From positions 66,990 to 130,989 of the forward strand of contig CAZPCY010000003.1 in NCBI GenBank assembly GCA_964585295.1: DNA of 64,000 nt, written 5' to 3'. How positions within the stretch are numbered: the stretch's first letter is position 1; every line of letters begins with the position of its first letter. Under the pieces are notes generated by a model, which made no database searches, was not told where the DNA came from, and saw nothing but the letters and a program-made list of their open reading frames with translations. Source of the DNA: an uncultured Candidatus Poseidoniales archaeon (GTDB lineage Archaea > Thermoplasmatota > Poseidoniia > Poseidoniales > Thalassarchaeaceae). The position numbers were made by a program, and so were the translations under genes. This document shows, piece after piece, positions 7,340-17,788 of this stretch.

Positions 7340-10300
7340 TCCGAACTCGCCTCATCCGGCCCGGCTTCGCTGGCCGATTCGAGAATCGGCGACTCTTCGC
7401 CATCTACTTCGGAAGGAGATTCCTCGGCTGCCTTGACCGATTCCTCCCATTCAATCCGCTCGTCGATGTCCTCACGCCACTCCTGAGCTCGACTTCCGAG
7501 GTTCTGAAGGGTCTCGCTCTCCGCCTCTGCTATCTCGATGTCGGGATTAACAGATTCCTCATCGAAATGTTCCTCTGCAGCCGCGGCCTTCGCCGCCTCT
7601 AGAGCCTCCTCATCAAGCCCTCCGAGACTCTTCGGGGTCGGCATCGCCTCGGGGACGCGTGGGCGGTCCTCTGCCTTCGGCAGTTCCGGCATTCCCTCGC
7701 GAGCCTTGGCCGCGAGTTTCTGAGCCTCCAACTCCCGCTCGGCTGCCTCTCCCATCTCGATTGCTGCCTCGCGATCGAAGTCGTGAATCAGACGGCTGCA
7801 ACCGTCACCTGGATGCGTGACCCCAATGTGATGGTCAGCGAGTTGGAGGCTCACCTTTCTCAGGGTGACCATGATGAATTGTGCTCGCTGGCTACGTAAC
7901 CGGCAGAGCGTGGCGATGCTCTCGGCATTGTAGGCGTCGAGGTTCTGGTCCACCTCGTCGAAGTAGTAGAACGGACTGGGCTCGTAATCCTGAATGGCGA
8001 AGATTAGAGCCAAGGCCGCCATCGACTTCTCCCCTCCTGAAAGCAGGTTGAGACGGGTCTTGCTGCTCTTCCCCGGGGGCTGGGCCCACATGTCCAAGCC
8101 ACCCGAGAAGGGGTCCTTCGGGTTCTCAAGCCGCAACTCACCCCTGCCACCGGGTTGCAGAATCTCGTAGGCTCGACTGAAGTTTTCCGACACCGCAGAG
8201 AGAACCGTCGTCAATCTCAGTCGCCGCTCGCTCTCCAATTGCTCCGCGATGCCGACGAGGTCATCGCGGCGGGCGCGCAGGCGCTTCGAATCGGCTCGCA
8301 GCTCTGCCACCCTCTCCTCGGCGGCATCGTATTGGTCGATGGCTAGCATGTTGACATCGCCGAGCTGCCCGACTCGGCGATCCAAGTGACGGACCGACTG
8401 TTCGGCCTCTGCCACGGTGGGAACCTCGGAACCCTGGGGTAGCGGCTCAATAGAGAGAGCACGCATCTCCTCGCAGAGTTCCTCCAAGGCTCGATGCTTC
8501 TGATCTATCTGACCATTCAATTCGGTGATTCGGACAAGAATGTTCTGCCGCGTCTGCGCCTTCGCATCTAGACTCGACCTTAGAGTGGCTCGTTCCTCGA
8601 TCCTCTCCAACCTCCTCTCATCGAGCGCCCTGTGCTCCTCACTGACTTGAGCATGGACTTCGCGTGCTTCGGTCAAATCGCTCTCGAGGGCCTCGATCTC
8701 GGCTGCCAACTCAGCAATCCTCGTTTCACTGCCACTGACAATCTCCTCCTGCACCGCTAGGCGGCGAGATAGATCCTCGACTTGCCCCTCGAGAATCCTA
8801 ACATGCTCGGACGCGGTAGCGATTGTTGATTCCGACTCCAAACGAAGGCGCTCCGCCCCAGTCCTCGTCTCCTCGGCATTGCGCAATCTCTTCGATAGAT
8901 GATCTGGAGTCTGGGCTGTAAGAGCGTCGGCTATCCTCTGCCGCTCGCTCTTCGCCGCCTCGTGTGCGGCAGCAGTGGCAGCGGCCGCATCCTTCGCCTT
9001 GTCATGCGCCGACTTCGCTTCTGCCAGAGCCTCGCGCTGCTTGGCGAGGCGCGTCTCGCACGCCACAAGTGCGTCCCGCGCACGACGAAGCTCTTCCTGA
9101 AGTCCGCGCGCCCTGATTGAAGAATCGTCGTTGGCCGCTGCATCGATTCGAGCCCGCAGGTCCATCTGACTTTCTCGGTTGGTCTGCAACGCCCCTCTCA
9201 CTGTCTCGTTGAGCAATGAGGCATCCCCGACCGCCGAAGCCGCACTATCGACCTCAGACATCCCGGGCATCCGACCTCCAAACTGCGGCCTCCTTCCACC
9301 CGAAGAGCCGCCAATCATCGCACCGCTGCTCTCGACCAGTGAACCGTCGAGTGTGACCATTCGAACGCCGCCCATCAAACGTCTAGCGACGTCCATCGAC
9401 TGAACCACGATGGTGTCTCTGACCGCTGTCTTGACCGCGGCTTCAATCGAGGGATCGTAATCGAGCAGGTCATGGGCGAAGCCAAGAGCACCTGGCTGGC
9501 GTGCGGCCATGATGGCTCTACCACCTGCCCTTCTGGTGGACATCTTAGTCAAAGGTAGGAAAGTGGCGCGTCCGGCGTTGCTCGACTTCAGGTGGGAGAT
9601 ACAACTCGCGGCCACCTCGTCATCGCGGACGACGATTGAATTCATCGCACCTCCAAGAGCGTAAGCGAGAGCCGTTTCGTGAGAGTCGTCCTTGGGAGCG
9701 GTCAACTGACCAAGCGAGCCTAGGATGCCAGGGGTCTCACCACTATCTCGCAGCGCCATGACCGCTGCTACGGCGCGAGCCATGTTCCCTTTGGAACCGC
9801 TCTTCCCCTCGAGTCGCTCTCTCGCCTGCATGAGGCGTCGCTCCGCATCTCGCAGACGTTCCTCAGAGGTCCGCTCCTCATCGACGAGAGTCCGTTCCTC
9901 GCGTTGTAAACGATGGAGTTCCTCAGCGAGTTTTGTCCGATCTACCGACTCCCCACTATCGCCCAATTCCTGAGCCTCGATCTCAAGATCGTCGGCCTGC
10001 AGTTTCGCCTGGCCATGCTCCTCCTCGATATCAGCCAGTCGGGTTTCCGCCATCTCTGCCTCTTGGCGGTGACGGTCGGCAGTCAGGACCGCTTCCTGAT
10101 GTGCATCGCTCGTCTCGGCAATCACATCGACGGAGCGGCCGAATGCGCGATTTAGGTCGTGTACGGCTCGGTCACCCGAAGCAATCGCATCGCGAGCGCT
10201 CTTCTCCGATTCCTCCGCCTCGGCCAGCGAGGAGAGCGCGTCCGCCAACGACGATTCAGCATTCTCTAGACGACCTCGGTGGCCGACGAGGGCGTTCTCC

Positions 10301-11337
10301 GCTTCCTCTCTTTCTCCCCGGATTCTCTCTGCTTCGACCGTCGCATCCTCGATTGACTCCTTTGCATCACCGATTCTGTCCCGCCGAGTCTCTATGTCGA
10401 CCTCGTACCGGCGAATCCGCTCGATTAGTTTCTTGTCGTCGTCTCCGAGAACCCTGTCCATCTCCCGCTCGACCTCGGCGATCTCATCCTCGATCTCCTG
10501 TAGTCGCGATTCGTTCTGGGTGCATTCCGCCGAGAGAACTTCACCGCGCTCGATGTAGTTGGTCCTCTCCTCGGATAGCAATTCAATCTCTTCGAACCGA
10601 TTCTGGTGGTTGGCGTGCATCAAGGTAATTCGGGCCGCATCGAGTGCGACCTTCACCTCACGCAATTCCAGCGCCTTCTTCCGCTCCTTCTCAAGCGACT
10701 TCAACCTCTTCTGCTGGTCCTTCTCAAAGACGCCAATCATCTCAAGTTGCTCCTCGACCTGCTTCCGCTGCCGATCGGCTCGCTTGAGTTCCTCATCGTA
10801 TTGGGTCACACCGGCCACGTCTTCCAAAACACGCCTGCGCTCGCGAGGAGTCATCGTCGCGAGGTTAGTAACATCACCCTGCAGGACGATGTTGTATCCG
10901 TCGCCGCGAGCTCCGGCCTCAATCAGAAGGCGCCTGAACTCAGTTGATGAGGAGGCGCGATCATTGAGGTAGTAGGCCGAGGTGGCGTCGTTCTTCCGAT
11001 TGAGTTTCACCCGCCTGGTGAACACCACCTCGTCGCTTTCCACCTTCAGGCGCCTTGAGCCATCCTTGGCAGCTGGGTTATCGAAGACGAGTGAGACCTT
11101 GCAGTAGCGCGCCGCCTTGGCACGCTTGCCTCCATTGAATATCAATTCGCGAATGTTCTGGGCCCGCAGGGACTTCGATGACTTGGTCCCGAGCACGAAC
11201 TGAATCGCATCTCCGGAATTCGACTTTCCCGAGCCATTGGGGCCGGTGATGGCGGTGAATCCACCCTCGAGAGGAATCGTTAATTCTCCCATAAACGACT
11301 TGAAGTTCTCAAGTTCCAAACGCTTCAGCCGCATCAT
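7336..11337 (-). CDS. smc: chromosome segregation protein SMC, with a ~125-aa acidic C-terminal extension
   Basis: N-terminus 'MMRLKRLELENFKSFMGELTIPLEGGFTAITGPNGSGKSN' (Walker A), long coiled coils, hinge, and C-terminal 'LSGGEKSMAALALIFAIQDYEPSPFYYFDEVDQNLD' (signature plus Walker B). The ORF track extends to 11472 via an upstream start. ATG-ATG at 11337-11332 is preceded by GGGGAT (SD-like). Confidence 0.9.
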   Translation of the reverse strand: MMRLKRLELENFKSFMGELTIPLEGGFTAITGPNGSGKSNSGDAIQFVLGTKSSKSLRAQNIRELIFNGGKRAKAARYCKVSLVFDNPAAKDGSRRLKVESDEVVFTRRVKLNRKNDATSAYYLNDRASSSTEFRRLLIEAGARGDGYNIVLQGDVTNLATMTPRERRRVLEDVAGVTQYDEELKRADRQRKQVEEQLEMIGVFEKDQQKRLKSLEKERKKALELREVKVALDAARITLMHANHQNRFEEIELLSEERTNYIERGEVLSAECTQNESRLQEIEDEIAEVEREMDRVLGDDDKKLIERIRRYEVDIETRRDRIGDAKESIEDATVEAERIRGEREEAENALVGHRGRLENAESSLADALSSLAEAEESEKSARDAIASGDRAVHDLNRAFGRSVDVIAETSDAHQEAVLTADRHRQEAEMAETRLADIEEEHGQAKLQADDLEIEAQELGDSGESVDRTKLAEELHRLQREERTLVDEERTSEERLRDAERRLMQARERLEGKSGSKGNMARAVAAVMALRDSGETPGILGSLGQLTAPKDDSHETALAYALGGAMNSIVVRDDEVAASCISHLKSSNAGRATFLPLTKMSTRRAGGRAIMAARQPGALGFAHDLLDYDPSIEAAVKTAVRDTIVVQSMDVARRLMGGVRMVTLDGSLVESSGAMIGGSSGGRRPQFGGRMPGMSEVDSAASAVGDASLLNETVRGALQTNRESQMDLRARIDAAANDDSSIRARGLQEELRRARDALVACETRLAKQREALAEAKSAHDKAKDAAAATAAAHEAAKSERQRIADALTAQTPDHLSKRLRNAEETRTGAERLRLESESTIATASEHVRILEGQVEDLSRRLAVQEEIVSGSETRIAELAAEIEALESDLTEAREVHAQVSEEHRALDERRLERIEERATLRSSLDAKAQTRQNILVRITELNGQIDQKHRALEELCEEMRALSIEPLPQGSEVPTVAEAEQSVRHLDRRVGQLGDVNMLAIDQYDAAEERVAELRADSKRLRARRDDLVGIAEQLESERRLRLTTVLSAVSENFSRAYEILQPGGRGELRLENPKDPFSGGLDMWAQPPGKSSKTRLNLLSGGEKSMAALALIFAIQDYEPSPFYYFDEVDQNLDAYNAESIATLCRLRSQRAQFIMVTLRKVSLQLADHHIGVTHPGDGCSRLIHDFDREAAIEMGEAAERELEAQKLAAKAREGMPELPKAEDRPRVPEAMPTPKSLGGLDEEALEAAKAAAAEEHFDEESVNPDIEIAEAESETLQNLGSRAQEWREDIDERIEWEESVKAAEESPSEVDGEESPILESASEAGPDEASSE

Positions 11338-11579
11338 CCCATCCCCTGACTCTGGAGTTTCCTCGCTGAGTGCACCCGAACCTTCAGCCGCCTTCCGACA
11401 GGCTATAAACGCTGTCGCAGAGCCGAAGGAGAGGCCTCGGAAACCGAATGCCGTCTCGGACGCCGAACGCACTCTAGGAACGAGGCTTCGAGATCTTTTC
11501 CAACCCGAAGAGCACGACCTTACATTCGAATGGCAAGCACCTACCAGGCTGAACGTTGGCGCGTCAGATAGTCAGTGCT

Positions 11580-12356
11580 TCAGACGCCCTCGTATTCGCA
11601 CTCCTCACACCCTTCGCCGGAGCAGAAGAGACAGACCTTCATTGCCTCCTCGACCTCATCTGGATTGTAGGCGAAGAACGGATCGTCATCGAATCCCAGC
11701 ATGTCCTTCATGTCACCGACCGTGAAGTCGTCCCCCTCGGCGACTCGGTTCTCCAGAGAGCCTCGGAAATGAGAAGACTGGCGGGGGAGGGGCGCCGACT
11801 CCTCGCGTTCGTTCACCTCTCGGTTCTCAAGGGAACCCTTGCGGAACAGGAAGGCACCACCGCCGATGCACGCGGCATCTACGAGGGGGGCAGGGAGTGG
11901 TAGGCCAATCACCTCTGCCCAGTCCAACGGCGATGACCCAGGGGAGAGCAAGCCACCGAAATCGAGCAAGCCGAACGCAGCCAATGCGCCACCACCTGCC
12001 ATCAGCTCCCAGGAGCGACGCTTTGAGTGGCCCGCTAGACGGTCCTGCGGGCCGGCGAGGAAGCGGTAGACGCCACCGAGGAATAGGGCGAGGCCCGCCA
12101 ATGCCAAGATGATGTCAGTCAAATCAAACGAACCCTTGGTGGTTAGGCAGGTCGAGGCTCCGCTGCCCATCATGTCGGCGACTATCGCGGCTTGCGTGCA
12201 TCCGCCGGTGAGCAACTCGGAGAGCACCAACTTGTGCCTGACCCCCGATCCAGGCTCTATCCAAAGCCCCTCCTGAGCGTTGTAGAGGGTGAACAGCAGA
12301 GCGACGAAGCCAGCGACCGTCAGCGCGATGGAGCGCGGCTTGTCCATGCACCTCAC
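11580..12356 (-). CDS. integral membrane protein with C-terminal CxxC-x5-CxxC zinc-ribbon
   Basis: Several hydrophobic segments in the N-terminal half. Internal near-repeat 'FRKGSLENREV / FRGSLENRVAE'. C-terminus 'KVCLFCSGEGCEECEYEGV'. No recognisable family. Confidence 0.35.
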   Translation of the reverse strand: MRCMDKPRSIALTVAGFVALLFTLYNAQEGLWIEPGSGVRHKLVLSELLTGGCTQAAIVADMMGSGASTCLTTKGSFDLTDIILALAGLALFLGGVYRFLAGPQDRLAGHSKRRSWELMAGGGALAAFGLLDFGGLLSPGSSPLDWAEVIGLPLPAPLVDAACIGGGAFLFRKGSLENREVNEREESAPLPRQSSHFRGSLENRVAEGDDFTVGDMKDMLGFDDDPFFAYNPDEVEEAMKVCLFCSGEGCEECEYEGV

Positions 12357-12437
12357 ATCGCTTTGCGGCTGATAGCCGTATCCCCGCCCGGCTCGATTGC
12401 TGCGGGCAGAGTGGCAACGGGAGAACGTTCATCGCTC

Positions 12438-14141
12438 ATGCACGGACATCGCGCCCTCCCGATGGACTCCGGGGCGCTAGCCGCGCAGCGAGACCGGATC
12501 GTAGTAATCGGGTCAGGTATCGCTGGCCTAACTGTCGCCTTGCAATGCGCACGCGCAGGCAGAGCGGTTGCATTGGTCACGAAGAAGCGGCTTGAAGACT
12601 CCTCAACGAACTGGGCGCAAGGAGGGATAGCAGGAGTCCTCAATCCAGATGATAACGCGGCAATCGAGAGGCACATCGAGGACACGATTGAATCCGGTTG
12701 TGGAATGGCTGACGAGGACACGGTCCGTTGGGTAGTACGAGAGGCGGCGGAGCGGATTAGGGAACTGGTGGGAGAGGGCGTCAAGTTCGATCGAGGATCG
12801 GATGGAGACTACGATCTTACGAGGGAAGGTGGACATTCCAGCCGCAGGATACTGCATGCGAGGGATAGGACTGGCGCCGTCATCGAAGGAACCCTAATCG
12901 ATCGCTTGGCCGAGCAGGATGTCCTCGTCCTTCAGGACACGATGGTGATAGATCTCGTCCTGCGAGATAGAGGAGTTCCAGGGGACGGCATCACCGGCGT
13001 CTGGTGTCTCGATTCGAACGGTGATGTTAGGACCATAGAAGCATCATCGGTGGTCATCGCCACAGGTGGTGCAGGACAACTCTGGCGAGAGACGACGAAT
13101 CCCAGCGTCGCCACCGGTGATGGAATCGCGATAGCGCATCGGGCCGGCGCAGCCGTCCGGAATCTGGAATTCGTCCAGTTTCATCCGACGGCGCTTGCGG
13201 TTCCCGATGATCGGCCGTTCCTGATCACCGAGGCGATGCGAGGAGCAGGAGCGGTGCTGATGAGCATCGAATCCCACGCCGCGTGGATCGCTCGCACTTC
13301 GGAGTCGAAAGGTGGGGATTCATTTGATGACGGAGAGGGAGAACATGCCTATGCCAAATCATTGGCGGAAACCGCCGCTGCGGCTTCTTTCATGGCTGCG
13401 GTTGACCCTAGAGGCAGCCTCGCAACTAGAGACATCGTCGCCAGAGCGACCGACATTGAGATGAAGCGCAGCGGAGCATCGCATGTTCTGCTCGCAACCG
13501 AGCACCTCGATGCCGAGGAACTGAAGGATAGATTCCCAACGATATCGGCCCGCTTAGACCGGCATGGGATATCGATCGGAGCCGATCCAATTCCGGTCAC
13601 ACCTGCTGCTCACTATTTGGTAGGAGGGCTGGCTGTGGACCGAGAGGGAAGGGTGCTGGCCGCAGATTCCCTCGACCCTCTTCCCGGCCTGTACGCTGTA
13701 GGTGAAGTGGCATGCACCGGATTGCACGGCGCCAACAGACTCGCCTCCAACAGCCTGCTCGAAGCGGTGGTGTTCGCACATCGAACGGTACAGAATCTCA
13801 TCGATTCGTCTGACAGGGTTGTAACCTCGAAAGTTCCAGCTTGGCGTGCCGAGGGTCTCGCGGACCTAGTTGAACATGCACCGCTGAAGAGCGATCGAGA
13901 AGCCCTCCGAGCGACGATGAGCGACGATGTGGGATTGGTCAGGAGTGATGCGAGGCTGCATCGGGCGGCCCGTCGGATAGCCTTCCTCACAGACGAGATT
14001 GAGAGGCTATGGAGGACCTCGAAGCCGACCTTCGAATTGGTCGAACTGCGGAACATGGCCATCGTGGCAGGACTAGTGACCGATGCGGCTCAGAGACAGA
14101 CCGAGAACATCGGTCTGCATCACAACATCGACCTCGAATGA
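12438..14141 (+). CDS. nadB: L-aspartate oxidase
   Basis: FAD-binding 'IVVIGSGIAGLTVAL', plus 'GEVACTGLHGANRLASNSLLEAVVFA', the hallmark of NadB/fumarate-reductase flavoproteins. The ORF-track start (12192) overlaps the upstream gene, so the start was re-set to the ATG at 12438. Confidence 0.75.
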   Translation: MHGHRALPMDSGALAAQRDRIVVIGSGIAGLTVALQCARAGRAVALVTKKRLEDSSTNWAQGGIAGVLNPDDNAAIERHIEDTIESGCGMADEDTVRWVVREAAERIRELVGEGVKFDRGSDGDYDLTREGGHSSRRILHARDRTGAVIEGTLIDRLAEQDVLVLQDTMVIDLVLRDRGVPGDGITGVWCLDSNGDVRTIEASSVVIATGGAGQLWRETTNPSVATGDGIAIAHRAGAAVRNLEFVQFHPTALAVPDDRPFLITEAMRGAGAVLMSIESHAAWIARTSESKGGDSFDDGEGEHAYAKSLAETAAAASFMAAVDPRGSLATRDIVARATDIEMKRSGASHVLLATEHLDAEELKDRFPTISARLDRHGISIGADPIPVTPAAHYLVGGLAVDREGRVLAADSLDPLPGLYAVGEVACTGLHGANRLASNSLLEAVVFAHRTVQNLIDSSDRVVTSKVPAWRAEGLADLVEHAPLKSDREALRATMSDDVGLVRSDARLHRAARRIAFLTDEIERLWRTSKPTFELVELRNMAIVAGLVTDAAQRQTENIGLHHNIDLE

Positions 14142-14164
14142 TTTGAGTGAATTGGGATTCAGGG

Positions 14165-15160
14165 TCATTCGGCGTTTCCCGATAGGCTGCGAACGAGAAT
14201 CAGAAGCAACTGGTTCCTAGGCGTCGGTATGCCGTGCGATTCCCCGCGTCGCACGATCTCTCCACAAAGAGCGTCAATCTCCGTCCGCCTTCCAGCCATC
14301 ACGTCCTGCAGCATGCTGCACCTGTTCCCTGCCGTCGATGCGATGACTTCATCCAGTTTGGACAGCATCTCATCGGCATCCAACTCGACACCCTCCGAAC
14401 GAGCGACCAAGAGAGCCTCAATCAGAACGCCATGGGCCTGCTCATGTAATTCTCTTGAGGCTAGCAGGGCGCCGTTCTCGACCCCACAGATCGCCGCGAT
14501 TGGGTTGATTGCGACATTCAGTAGCAACTTCCGCCAAAGAACCTGGCGCATGTCGCCATGCCATATCGGATCAAGTCCGGCCTGTTCAAATGCCGATAGA
14601 AGACGTCCCTCTGGTGACGATGCGGATGGAGTGCCATCATCGGATCTATGATTGGGGTGAGGGCCAATGTCTACTACCCCCCTTCCAGCCCACCTAACCT
14701 CGTTTGGGCCAAGCCGGGTCGCACCATGCAGCGTCGAACCCGAGAGGACTCTGGCGGAACCAAGCATCTCTCCCAGGCGCTCCGCATGGCCGAGTCCATT
14801 CTGGAGGCTAATGGCCATACCTGTGGACTCTAGATGGAGATCGGCGAGGAGCGCTAGGGAGGAGGTGTCCGGCGCCTTGCCGCAGACGATCGCGTACGAG
14901 ATCGGATCGATACCTTCGCTGGTCGCGGGTGAATCCGAATCAACGACTTCGAATCGACTCGCCGGAAAATGGTTCACCTCTGCTTCAAGGCCGGTGATTC
15001 TGACGCCATCTATCGCCATTGCCGCTGCCGAATCACCTCGAGAGAATAGAATCAATTCAGCATCGGTGGAGGCGAGTCTCCCTGCCACCAACCCACCGAT
15101 AGCACCGACGCCGAAGATGCCAATCCTGAGGCGGGCGCTCATGTCGCCCCGACTCCGCAA
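14165..15160 (-). CDS. panE: 2-dehydropantoate 2-reductase (ketopantoate reductase family)
   Basis: N-terminal Rossmann 'IGIFGVGAIGGLVAGRLA', 'LWRKLLLNVAINPIAAICG' and 'NRCSMLQD' motifs of the ApbA/PanE family. Confidence 0.7.
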   Translation of the reverse strand: MRSRGDMSARLRIGIFGVGAIGGLVAGRLASTDAELILFSRGDSAAAMAIDGVRITGLEAEVNHFPASRFEVVDSDSPATSEGIDPISYAIVCGKAPDTSSLALLADLHLESTGMAISLQNGLGHAERLGEMLGSARVLSGSTLHGATRLGPNEVRWAGRGVVDIGPHPNHRSDDGTPSASSPEGRLLSAFEQAGLDPIWHGDMRQVLWRKLLLNVAINPIAAICGVENGALLASRELHEQAHGVLIEALLVARSEGVELDADEMLSKLDEVIASTAGNRCSMLQDVMAGRRTEIDALCGEIVRRGESHGIPTPRNQLLLILVRSLSGNAE

Positions 15161-17685
15161 TCCGCATCAACGCATAGCGCAACTAGATTCAGCGTCAATC
15201 CCTCAGAACCCGCTTCGCTCCACAACAGGACGGTGGTACCGATTCGCCAACCGAGGCTGACATCCAGTTCCACCGTCGAATTCGCTGGAACGGTGACTGG
15301 AAGATCTCCCGAGGTCAGATTGAGGGCGCTCGGGTCTCCCGAGATCCTGCCGTACACCACGATCGGGTCAGAGCCACCGTTACGGACCGCAAACCTGCCA
15401 TCGGTCGGAGTATCCTTGGCCGCTAACCAAGGACCACCGTGTCCGACGATATCGCCGTCGACCAATAGTGCGATGGAGGGCCCGGGTGCCAAATCGTGCA
15501 GAGCGAGCAGATGGCCGTATAGGTTGCAAGTCGCCAGTCTACCACTCGTCGGTAAGGTCAGGTTCACCTCACTCCCATCCAATCTCACCAAGGGGTCGAT
15601 TCTGAGATCCCAAGACGCATTCGCGCCGGACGGTACGCTCGGCGCGTTAGCGGCCGGTGGACATCGAACCTCTCCATCTGCCAGCCATAGCAGGAGACGC
15701 TCCTCGCCAGACATCGGGAGAACTCCATCGACCCCCTCCCTCATCGTTCCATCGGAGGTGATTGTGCCATTCAATCGACCACCCATCGCACGCATCTCGA
15801 CCTCGCTGCCATTATCTCTTACGAGAGATACAACCGGAGGGGGCAGTCGACTAGTGGCGATGGATTCAACGCATACCTCGATCAAACCTGGACCCACGAC
15901 CGAGGGCGTGTGTATCAAATCCCAACCGGGATCAAGCAGCGACAGATTTCCGATGTCACCGACTCCCAGTGTGAGGTTGCTGCACAGTCTAGATCCATCA
16001 TATTCAACCACTGCCCAAGCATTGTCGAAGCGAGGCAACACCATTGGGACGACTGTGATGGTTCGATTCACTGCATCACCTTCTGATTGCAGCCAGACAT
16101 TGAGACGAACGGGTGAGTGGATGGGGGCATCGCCATCGGTCGAGACATCGATAGATATCGGAAGTGGGTCCTGAGGTGAGACGCCATCAAAGATGCATGT
16201 CCCTTGATCACCCATCCGATCATCGCCGCAGGTCCATTCCAAGGACCAACCATCGGAATCGTCGAGGAAGGCGAGTCTGATCCAGCCTTCACGCGGCAGC
16301 ACTCCCGTCGGTGAGAGCAGTGCATCGTAGGTGGCATGGCCTCCTTCGGACACCTCGATTCGGTCCGGAAGCGAATCTTCCAACGAGAAAGAGGCATCCC
16401 AATCATCAACCGCTGACGCAGGAGCCCAGCCAGGAAATCCTGCTAGGAGTGCAAGCACAAAGAGTACGCTCAAAGTCGATTTCTCACTTTCTTCCAATGG
16501 CTTCCACTCATCGACCACAAGAGGTAGTGGAATCGCTTCAGGCTGGAATCTGCGCACTGCACCGATGACCACGAGGAGTAGCCAAGGCCAGAACCCGCTC
16601 CGCATGAACACCCAGACTGCTGTGAGCAGCATCACCGCAAACAGTAGCGACTGCTGACCCATCTCCAACGATCTGGAAGGTCCGAACAGAGCGGAAATCA
16701 GATGATCACCTGGGAAGTTTGGAATCGGCAGCAAGAGGATCCAGGCCAGCATCGAGAGGCCGTGACCTGCGAGAGCCAGAGGTGAAACCCATTGCAATCG
16801 ATGGGATGCGACGTCGCCGATACCGAGGTCGACGAGGATGGCGACAATCGGATTCAGGTGCATTTGAAAGGGAACCGCATCAATCGTCTTCGGGTGATTG
16901 GGGGTCGAAAGCAAGCCTATCACTTCGAAGAGAGCGCCAATCAGGAACAGGACCAGAGGAGTCGAGACGGCGGTCCATGCGAGGGAAGAGCGATCCGGGA
17001 ACGGGGTCTTATCCACCGGACGTGGATCCAGCAGGGCGAACACGCCGAATGGCCAGATCGGTGCTGCGCCTTGAATGCCGAAGGGAAGCAGCCCCGCTCC
17101 GCTCGTGATAGGCATCGGAAGAGCGAGTGGAAGCAGAGGGTCCAACCGAACTCCACGCCTCAATCCAACCCATCTACGGACCTCGCTGGCAATCCAAATC
17201 CCGATCATCATGGGCAGTGCGAATCCGATTGCCGACTGAGCAATCACATTGGGATCCAGCATCGATTTCGCATCGTCGAGACGCTCGACCCAAACCGCGC
17301 CGACCGAAGTCAGACAGAGAGCGAGTACACCCCATGCCGCCAACACCCATTCCCGAGAGAGAATGAGCATGCGGCTGGGAGTCTCGGTGAGAGATATCAT
17401 GAGAGGTTCTCTCTCCTCTAGCCGCGGCAACCAACCGAGCGGAGATAGAGCGGTCCTCAAGGAGACCGTGGCGGAACTGGGATCGCCATCCATCGGATCG
17501 ACTACCCATGAGAATCCTCCAACACCCTCCTCAACGATGCGGAAATGTCGTCCTACGATTCGCTCAAGGAGCAGGCGCTGCCCCCACAATTCGCGAGTCA
17601 CCGGTAGCGGACGAAGGGTTTCTCGTCCTTCAGACGCTTCCCCTTCGATTCCAGATTCGCCCTTGGGGGCTTCCGTCTGCTCCAT
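15139..17685 (-). CDS. polytopic membrane protein with large extracytoplasmic C-terminal domain rich in N-glycosylation sequons; membrane domain has a site-2-protease-like '...LLPIPNFPGDHLISALFG' motif but no HExxH
   Basis: More than 8 predicted TM helices in the N-terminal half. The C-terminal ~450 aa carry many NxS/T sites (NRT, NLT, NLS, NGS, NGT, NAS, NST). Confidence 0.35.
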   Translation of the reverse strand: MEQTEAPKGESGIEGEASEGRETLRPLPVTRELWGQRLLLERIVGRHFRIVEEGVGGFSWVVDPMDGDPSSATVSLRTALSPLGWLPRLEEREPLMISLTETPSRMLILSREWVLAAWGVLALCLTSVGAVWVERLDDAKSMLDPNVIAQSAIGFALPMMIGIWIASEVRRWVGLRRGVRLDPLLPLALPMPITSGAGLLPFGIQGAAPIWPFGVFALLDPRPVDKTPFPDRSSLAWTAVSTPLVLFLIGALFEVIGLLSTPNHPKTIDAVPFQMHLNPIVAILVDLGIGDVASHRLQWVSPLALAGHGLSMLAWILLLPIPNFPGDHLISALFGPSRSLEMGQQSLLFAVMLLTAVWVFMRSGFWPWLLLVVIGAVRRFQPEAIPLPLVVDEWKPLEESEKSTLSVLFVLALLAGFPGWAPASAVDDWDASFSLEDSLPDRIEVSEGGHATYDALLSPTGVLPREGWIRLAFLDDSDGWSLEWTCGDDRMGDQGTCIFDGVSPQDPLPISIDVSTDGDAPIHSPVRLNVWLQSEGDAVNRTITVVPMVLPRFDNAWAVVEYDGSRLCSNLTLGVGDIGNLSLLDPGWDLIHTPSVVGPGLIEVCVESIATSRLPPPVVSLVRDNGSEVEMRAMGGRLNGTITSDGTMREGVDGVLPMSGEERLLLWLADGEVRCPPAANAPSVPSGANASWDLRIDPLVRLDGSEVNLTLPTSGRLATCNLYGHLLALHDLAPGPSIALLVDGDIVGHGGPWLAAKDTPTDGRFAVRNGGSDPIVVYGRISGDPSALNLTSGDLPVTVPANSTVELDVSLGWRIGTTVLLWSEAGSEGLTLNLVALCVDADCGVGAT

Positions 17686-17788
17686 CGCGACGTCACCCCT
17701 TCGGGTTCTCCCGGACTCGGCGGTGCGGCCGTTCCTGATGAGGGTTCACTCGTGATGTGGCAGGAGGAGGGAGGCGAATACCCTACTC

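Noticed and set aside
12192-12437. ORF-track 5' extension of nadB (start 12192) overlapping the minus-strand membrane protein gene by 165 nt
   Set aside because: The extension is Arg/Pro-rich with no homology. The FAD-binding fold begins right after the ATG at 12438, which removes the overlap.
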